From contig CP066698.1 of NCBI GenBank assembly GCA_016432645.1, forward strand, positions 133,062 through 197,061: DNA of 64,000 bases, given 5' to 3'. The notes below the pieces were generated by a model. That model searched no databases and was not told the origin of the DNA. It saw only the letters and a program-made list of their open reading frames with translations. Source of the stretch: Candidatus Falkowbacteria bacterium. Its GTDB lineage: Bacteria; Patescibacteriota; Patescibacteriia; Patescibacteriales; UBA12465. The position numbers and the translations under genes are program-made. Each line of letters begins with the position of its first letter. Position 1 is the first letter of the stretch. Positions 59,157 to 64,000 of this stretch are shown piece by piece.

Positions 59157-59651
59157 ATGGCGACCGAAAATATCGCCGGTAAAATTGATTTAGATAAGCT
59201 TCCGGAAAAATTACCAGTTAACCATAAACCGGAAAAACCGGCGCCTTTAGAGTTGAGACCGGAGAAGTTGCCGGAAAGAGAAAGTAATCCTGAAAACTCT
59301 AAAGAGTCAAAAATGATTGTTATTCCTGAAAAAATTGAGCCGACTCTTCTAGTGCCGATGGGTAGTGTTTCCGCGTTTCAGAAACAACGCGCTCAAGAGA
59401 TTGATAATATTCTTTCCGAAGGACTGCATGATGTTTTTTTAAAGATGGACGCCCCTCGTCAAAAGGAATTTAAGCGCGTAGGCGAAGAAACAGCATTAAA
59501 GATTGCGGTAATGATGGAGAAGGGTAAATTTAAAATTAGTAAAATAATTGAACTTATAAAAAAGTGGCTGAAGATTATTCCGGGTGTTAATAAATTTTTT
59601 TTGGAGCAAGAGGCTAAGATAAAGGCCGATAAAATAATGCGTTTAAAATAA
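59157..59651 (+). CDS. CPR conserved hypothetical protein
   Basis: WL-x2-IPGVNKFFLEQEAKIK motif upstream of the VirD4-like ATPase. Confidence 0.8.
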   Translation: MATENIAGKIDLDKLPEKLPVNHKPEKPAPLELRPEKLPERESNPENSKESKMIVIPEKIEPTLLVPMGSVSAFQKQRAQEIDNILSEGLHDVFLKMDAPRQKEFKRVGEETALKIAVMMEKGKFKISKIIELIKKWLKIIPGVNKFFLEQEAKIKADKIMRLK

Positions 59652-59658
59652 AGCGTTT

Positions 59659-62127
59659 ATGGAATTTAATCCGACAAATTTTAGCTTAGTCCCGCCCATT
59701 TTATTCGCCGTTTCTTTAACGGTTGCTTTAGTATTCGCGATTCTAAATATTCTGCGCCTGATTTTTGCTTCACGAAAGTATACTCCGCATTATGTTTTTT
59801 CGGTTAGGCTGCCAAAGGAAAAGCCAAACGAAGAAGATAAAAATAAATCAGTGCAAAGTTTGAAAGAGGAAATCGCCAAAGGAGAGACAATTTTTGCTTC
59901 CATTGGCGGTATGAGCGCGCAGAAAAGTTTTAAATCTTGGCTTTTTGGGCGCGATGACCATATTTCTTTTGAAATGGTCGCTGATTCCAAGCATATTACT
60001 TTTTATTTTGCCTCTCCGCAAAAAAATGTTCGCTATTTAGAACAGCAAATCCAGGCTCATTATCCGGCGGCCGTGATTGAACAGGTTGAAGATTATAATT
60101 CTTTCGGGCTGCAAGGAGTTGCTGCCGCCGCTTATTTAAGAACGACCAAGAGTTTTATCTTTCCGCTTAAAACTTATCAAAAAATGGATATTGACCCCAT
60201 GAATTCCTTGATTAATGTTTTGTCTAAGCTGGAGAAGGGGGAAAATTTAGCAGTCCAGTATCTAGTCAGGAGCGCCAAAAGATCTTGGCACGCTAAAGTT
60301 CGCAAGGTAGTCTTCATGATTCATCGTAAAAATTCCGTTGCTCTCGGTTTGAAGTACAGCAACCCAATACGCGCTTTGTTTCATGTTAACCTGAAAAATG
60401 ACGGGCCAAGCGGTATGAATGCCCAGGGCAAACCGCTTAAGAGACTGAGCGCCATTGAGGAGGAGATGGTTAAAACCATGGAAGAAAAAAATTTGAAAGC
60501 CGGACTAGACGTTAATATTCGGGTTTTAAGTTTTGCCAAGACTGCCGAAAAAGCTAATCTTTATTTAGAAAATATCGCCAATGCGTTTGCGGAATATAAT
60601 AATTTTAGTTATGGCAATTCTTTTTCTCGAGCGCGAAAAAATAATCAAGATAGAATTGTTAAAGATTTTATCTATCGCCATTTTCGAGAAAATATCAGTT
60701 TTTTATTAAATAGCGAAGAGTTGGCCAGTATTTTTCATTTTCCGCTCAGCACCACTGAAACCCCTAATATTTTATGGCTAACCGCTAAGTCGGCACCAGC
60801 ACCGGCCAATGTTCCTGATGAAGGAATTTCTTTAGGCACAAATCTTTATCGCGGTATCAAAAAAGATATTAGGATTAAGCGCGCCGATCGCCGGCGCCAC
60901 ACATATATCATCGGTAAGTCCGGTGTCGGTAAATCAGTCTTACTGGCCAATATGGCAGTCCAAGATATTCAAAATGGGGAAGGCGTCTGTGTACTTGATC
61001 CGCATGGCGATTTAATCGCCGATATTTTAGACCGGATTCCGCCGGAGAGAGCGGAAGATGTTATCATTTTTTCACCAGCCGACCTCGAACGGCCCTTAGC
61101 CCTGAATTTATTAGAATATGATCCGCGTTATCCAGAGCAAAAGAGTTTTGTGATTAATGAGATGATTGGTATTTTCGACAAGCTTTATGATTTGAAGGCA
61201 ACTGGCGGACCGATGTTTGAACAATATATGCGCAATGCCATGCTGCTGATTATGGACGATCCGGAAACCGGCTCAACCTTAATGGAAATTCCTAAAGTTC
61301 TAGCCGATGAAAATTTTCGGCGTTTAAAACTTAAAAATTGCCGCAATAAGACGGTCGTTGATTTTTGGATTCAAGAGGCGGAAAAAGCCGGCGGCGAAGC
61401 CGCGTTGGCTAATATCGTCCCTTATATTACTTCCAAATTAACCTCCTTTATTTCCAATGATATGATGCGGCCGATAATCGGCCAGCAGCACAGCGCTTTT
61501 AATCTGCGCGATGTGATGGACAAGCAAAAAATATTACTCATTGATTTGCCCAAAGGAACGGTTGGCGAAATGAATGCTTATTTATTAGGTATGATTGTGG
61601 TTGGCAAGATTTTGATGGCCGCTTTATCGCGAACGGATATGCCCAGCGAAGCCCGAAAAGATTTTTATTTATATATTGATGAATTTCAAAACTTTACCAC
61701 CAATTCAATCTGCCAGATTTTATCCGAGGCTCGAAAATATGCGCTTAATTTAATTGTGGCTCATCAATACATCGGCCAACTGTCTAAAAATAATAATACG
61801 GAGATTAAAGATGCAGTCTTTGGTAACGTCGGGACAATGATTAGTTTTAAGATTGGTTCCGAAGATGCGGAATTTTTAGTTAAGGAATTCGCCCCGGTTT
61901 TTAATGAGTATGATTTGATAAATGTTGATAAAGGAATGGCTTGCCTTAAATTATTAATTGATAATAGCGCCTCTCGTCCTTTCTCTTTGCATACGGTTTG
62001 GCCGCTTATCGGCGTTAAGCGCGAGGGCATGAAAGATAAAATCAGGTCGCTATCGCGCTTAAAATATGGCCAGAATGCGCGTTTAGTAGAAGCCGAAATA
62101 TCTAGGCGCACGGAAATTAAACAATAA
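59659..62127 (+). CDS. VirD4/TrwB-like (HerA/FtsK superfamily) ATPase
   Basis: N-terminal TM; GKSGVGKS, DPHGD, YIDEFQ, EARKY, AHQY, FGNVG. Confidence 0.9.
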   Translation: MEFNPTNFSLVPPILFAVSLTVALVFAILNILRLIFASRKYTPHYVFSVRLPKEKPNEEDKNKSVQSLKEEIAKGETIFASIGGMSAQKSFKSWLFGRDDHISFEMVADSKHITFYFASPQKNVRYLEQQIQAHYPAAVIEQVEDYNSFGLQGVAAAAYLRTTKSFIFPLKTYQKMDIDPMNSLINVLSKLEKGENLAVQYLVRSAKRSWHAKVRKVVFMIHRKNSVALGLKYSNPIRALFHVNLKNDGPSGMNAQGKPLKRLSAIEEEMVKTMEEKNLKAGLDVNIRVLSFAKTAEKANLYLENIANAFAEYNNFSYGNSFSRARKNNQDRIVKDFIYRHFRENISFLLNSEELASIFHFPLSTTETPNILWLTAKSAPAPANVPDEGISLGTNLYRGIKKDIRIKRADRRRHTYIIGKSGVGKSVLLANMAVQDIQNGEGVCVLDPHGDLIADILDRIPPERAEDVIIFSPADLERPLALNLLEYDPRYPEQKSFVINEMIGIFDKLYDLKATGGPMFEQYMRNAMLLIMDDPETGSTLMEIPKVLADENFRRLKLKNCRNKTVVDFWIQEAEKAGGEAALANIVPYITSKLTSFISNDMMRPIIGQQHSAFNLRDVMDKQKILLIDLPKGTVGEMNAYLLGMIVVGKILMAALSRTDMPSEARKDFYLYIDEFQNFTTNSICQILSEARKYALNLIVAHQYIGQLSKNNNTEIKDAVFGNVGTMISFKIGSEDAEFLVKEFAPVFNEYDLINVDKGMACLKLLIDNSASRPFSLHTVWPLIGVKREGMKDKIRSLSRLKYGQNARLVEAEISRRTEIKQ

Positions 62128-62133
62128 AAATTC

Positions 62134-63807
62134 ATGTCTACTTTATATCGTGATTATCGTCCGCAAAATTTTTCCGAAGTTTTAGGACAGAAACACATCA
62201 AAATTACTTTACAGAATGAAATCGGCGCCGGTAAATTAGCGCAAGCCTTTTTATTTTGCGGTCCTCGGGCTGTCGGCAAAACAACCTTAGCTAGAGTATT
62301 AGCTAAGTCAGTTAATTGTTTGGAAAGAAAAGACGGGGAATATGAGCCTTGTGGACATTGCGCTAATTGCCTTTCCATCGCCGGCGGCAATAATCTGGAT
62401 ATTATTGAAATTGATGCCGCTTCTAATACCGGAGTTGATAATGTGCGCGAGAACATTATTTCTTTCTCTAGAGTAGCGCCTTCGGTGACCAAATATAAAG
62501 TTTTTATTATTGATGAAGTGCACATGCTTTCACCATCAGCTTTTAATGCTCTATTGAAGACAATTGAAGAACCGCCAAGCTATGTAATTTTTATTTTATG
62601 TACGACGGAAATTCATAAGGTCCCGCTGACAATTATTTCCCGCTGCGAACGTTTCGATTTTCGGCGCATCAGTATTTCCGAAATTGTAAAAAAGTTGCGC
62701 TATATTTCGGATAAAGAAAAAATAGCCATTGATGATGAAGTTTTAGAAGCAGTAGCCAGAAAAAGCGGCGGCCATCTGCGTGATGCTGAAAGCTTGCTGG
62801 GCCAGATTTTTTCCCTGGGCGACAAAAGAATAACCTTAGAGCAAGCTGAGTTGGTAATCCCGCATTATAACAGCAGTGAGAGCGTTGATTTACTGGAACA
62901 CTTAGCTCGCAAAGATGCCGCTAAGGCCATCAGCTTAATTAATTCCTTGGTAGACAGCGGCACCAATATCCGTAATTTTAACAGCGATGTAATCAGTCTG
63001 TTGCGCAAAATGATTTTAAGCAAAGTTAATCCGGAGCTTTCCGACAGTTTTGGTTTAAATTTGGGCGACAGTTTAGAAATTAGAGTCAATGGAATTTTAG
63101 GATTATTAACGCTTGATAATTTAATTTTTTACGCCCGCAGGCTATTGGAGGCGTATAACGAAAAAAATCAGCTCATTCTCCAATTGCCTTTAGAATTAGC
63201 GGTAATTGAAATTTGTTTAGGAGAAAAAAATAGCGCTCGTTTAGTAACTGAAGAAACGGCCAATACTCCAGTTTATGATGCTAAAAAAACGGCTGCTTCT
63301 AATTTAAGCTCAGCAACAGCCACTAAATTGAATACCGCGCCGCTTAAAATAGAAACAACTAAAATTAAGCTGTCTAATCCGGCAGCAGATTTAAATCAAT
63401 CTGATATTTTGGAAAAATGGCCGGAATTTTTGGTAAAAATTAAAAAGCATAACCATTCACTATCTTTTGTTTTACAAAATTGCGAACCCCAGTCGCTTCA
63501 TAACGGTATTTTATGCCTGTTATTTAAATATAAGTTTCATCAAGATCGAGTTAACGACAGTAATATTAAAAGTATCGTAGAAAGCACACTGGCTGAAGTA
63601 TTCGGTGGCGCCGTCGCGCTTGATTCGCGTTTAGATGAAAATTTAGAAATTAAAAAAAATCAGAGTGTTTCCGGTTTTGGAGTTATGGATGATTCTGTCG
63701 CTCCTTCTTCTGCGCCTTCATCCGCCGGCGCGGCGGATATTAAAAAAGATCCCGGAGCGATGATGGATAATCTTCTCAAAGCTTTCGGCGGCGAAGTAAT
63801 CAATTAA
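62134..63807 (+). CDS. dnaX: DNA polymerase III gamma/tau
   Basis: LYRDYRP, GPRAVGKTT, Zn Cys cluster, EIDAAS, DEVH, SRC. Confidence 0.97.
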   Translation: MSTLYRDYRPQNFSEVLGQKHIKITLQNEIGAGKLAQAFLFCGPRAVGKTTLARVLAKSVNCLERKDGEYEPCGHCANCLSIAGGNNLDIIEIDAASNTGVDNVRENIISFSRVAPSVTKYKVFIIDEVHMLSPSAFNALLKTIEEPPSYVIFILCTTEIHKVPLTIISRCERFDFRRISISEIVKKLRYISDKEKIAIDDEVLEAVARKSGGHLRDAESLLGQIFSLGDKRITLEQAELVIPHYNSSESVDLLEHLARKDAAKAISLINSLVDSGTNIRNFNSDVISLLRKMILSKVNPELSDSFGLNLGDSLEIRVNGILGLLTLDNLIFYARRLLEAYNEKNQLILQLPLELAVIEICLGEKNSARLVTEETANTPVYDAKKTAASNLSSATATKLNTAPLKIETTKIKLSNPAADLNQSDILEKWPEFLVKIKKHNHSLSFVLQNCEPQSLHNGILCLLFKYKFHQDRVNDSNIKSIVESTLAEVFGGAVALDSRLDENLEIKKNQSVSGFGVMDDSVAPSSAPSSAGAADIKKDPGAMMDNLLKAFGGEVIN

Positions 63808-63827
63808 ATAATTTAACCCTTAAAAAT

Positions 63828-64000
63828 ATGCTGGATATTAAATTTATCAGAGAAAATTTAGCAGAAGTTAAAACCGGTCTTTTAAAAAGAATGCCGGCGG
63901 ATAAGCTTAATCTGGAAGGAGTGATTGCTCTCGACGATAAGCGTCGCGAGCTGATTGCAGCCTCGGAAGAGCTGAAGGCGGAACGCAATCGCAATTCCAA
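63828..64000 (+). CDS. serS: Serine--tRNA ligase, 5' partial
   Basis: MLDIKFIREN...LDDKRRELI...LKAERN coiled-coil arm; cut by window end. Confidence 0.9.
   Translation, partial: MLDIKFIRENLAEVKTGLLKRMPADKLNLEGVIALDDKRRELIAASEELKAERNRNS

Noticed and set aside
2707..64000. Numerous 60-190 aa antisense or overlapping ORFs in the track (e.g. 2707, 16082, 16272, 30901, 45348, 47603, 61764, 63800)
   Set aside because: Shadow frames of well-supported genes, with no motifs or expression signals.

Overview
AT-rich bacterial chromosomal segment read in genetic code 11 (TGA is a stop). Gene content points to a Patescibacteria (CPR) genome of Parcubacteria type, possibly Falkowbacteria (inference): type IV pilin, O-antigen-ligase/TPR protein, a VirD4-like ATPase beside dnaX, a C39-like peptidase, a CxxC-x17-CxxC protein and short SD-less leaders. 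The right third is housekeeping (iscS-iscU, rplA-rplK-nusG-secE, rsmI, metG, cvpA, tsaC, ctpA, pyrG, rpmA, dnaX, 5' end of serS). The left two thirds interleave ordinary CPR genes with many 1-2 gene ORFan units. Each unit has a full TTGAC(A/G) sigma70 promoter, a boxA-like leader motif and a terminator, and several promoters and terminators recur as near-identical copies in front of or behind unrelated genes, suggesting a modular cassette system. Embedded in this region is a candidate RiPP locus: an unannotated 30-aa Cys-containing ORF, an HExxH protein, an rSAM/SPASM enzyme and a second rSAM. Also present are an ApbE flavinylation / ferric-reductase operon with an unusual FNR-TM-tail fusion, several structured 5' leaders and small ORFs missing from the supplied track. 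I saw no tRNA, rRNA, CRISPR array, transposase or intact integrase. All calls come from reading motifs by eye; no database search was run.
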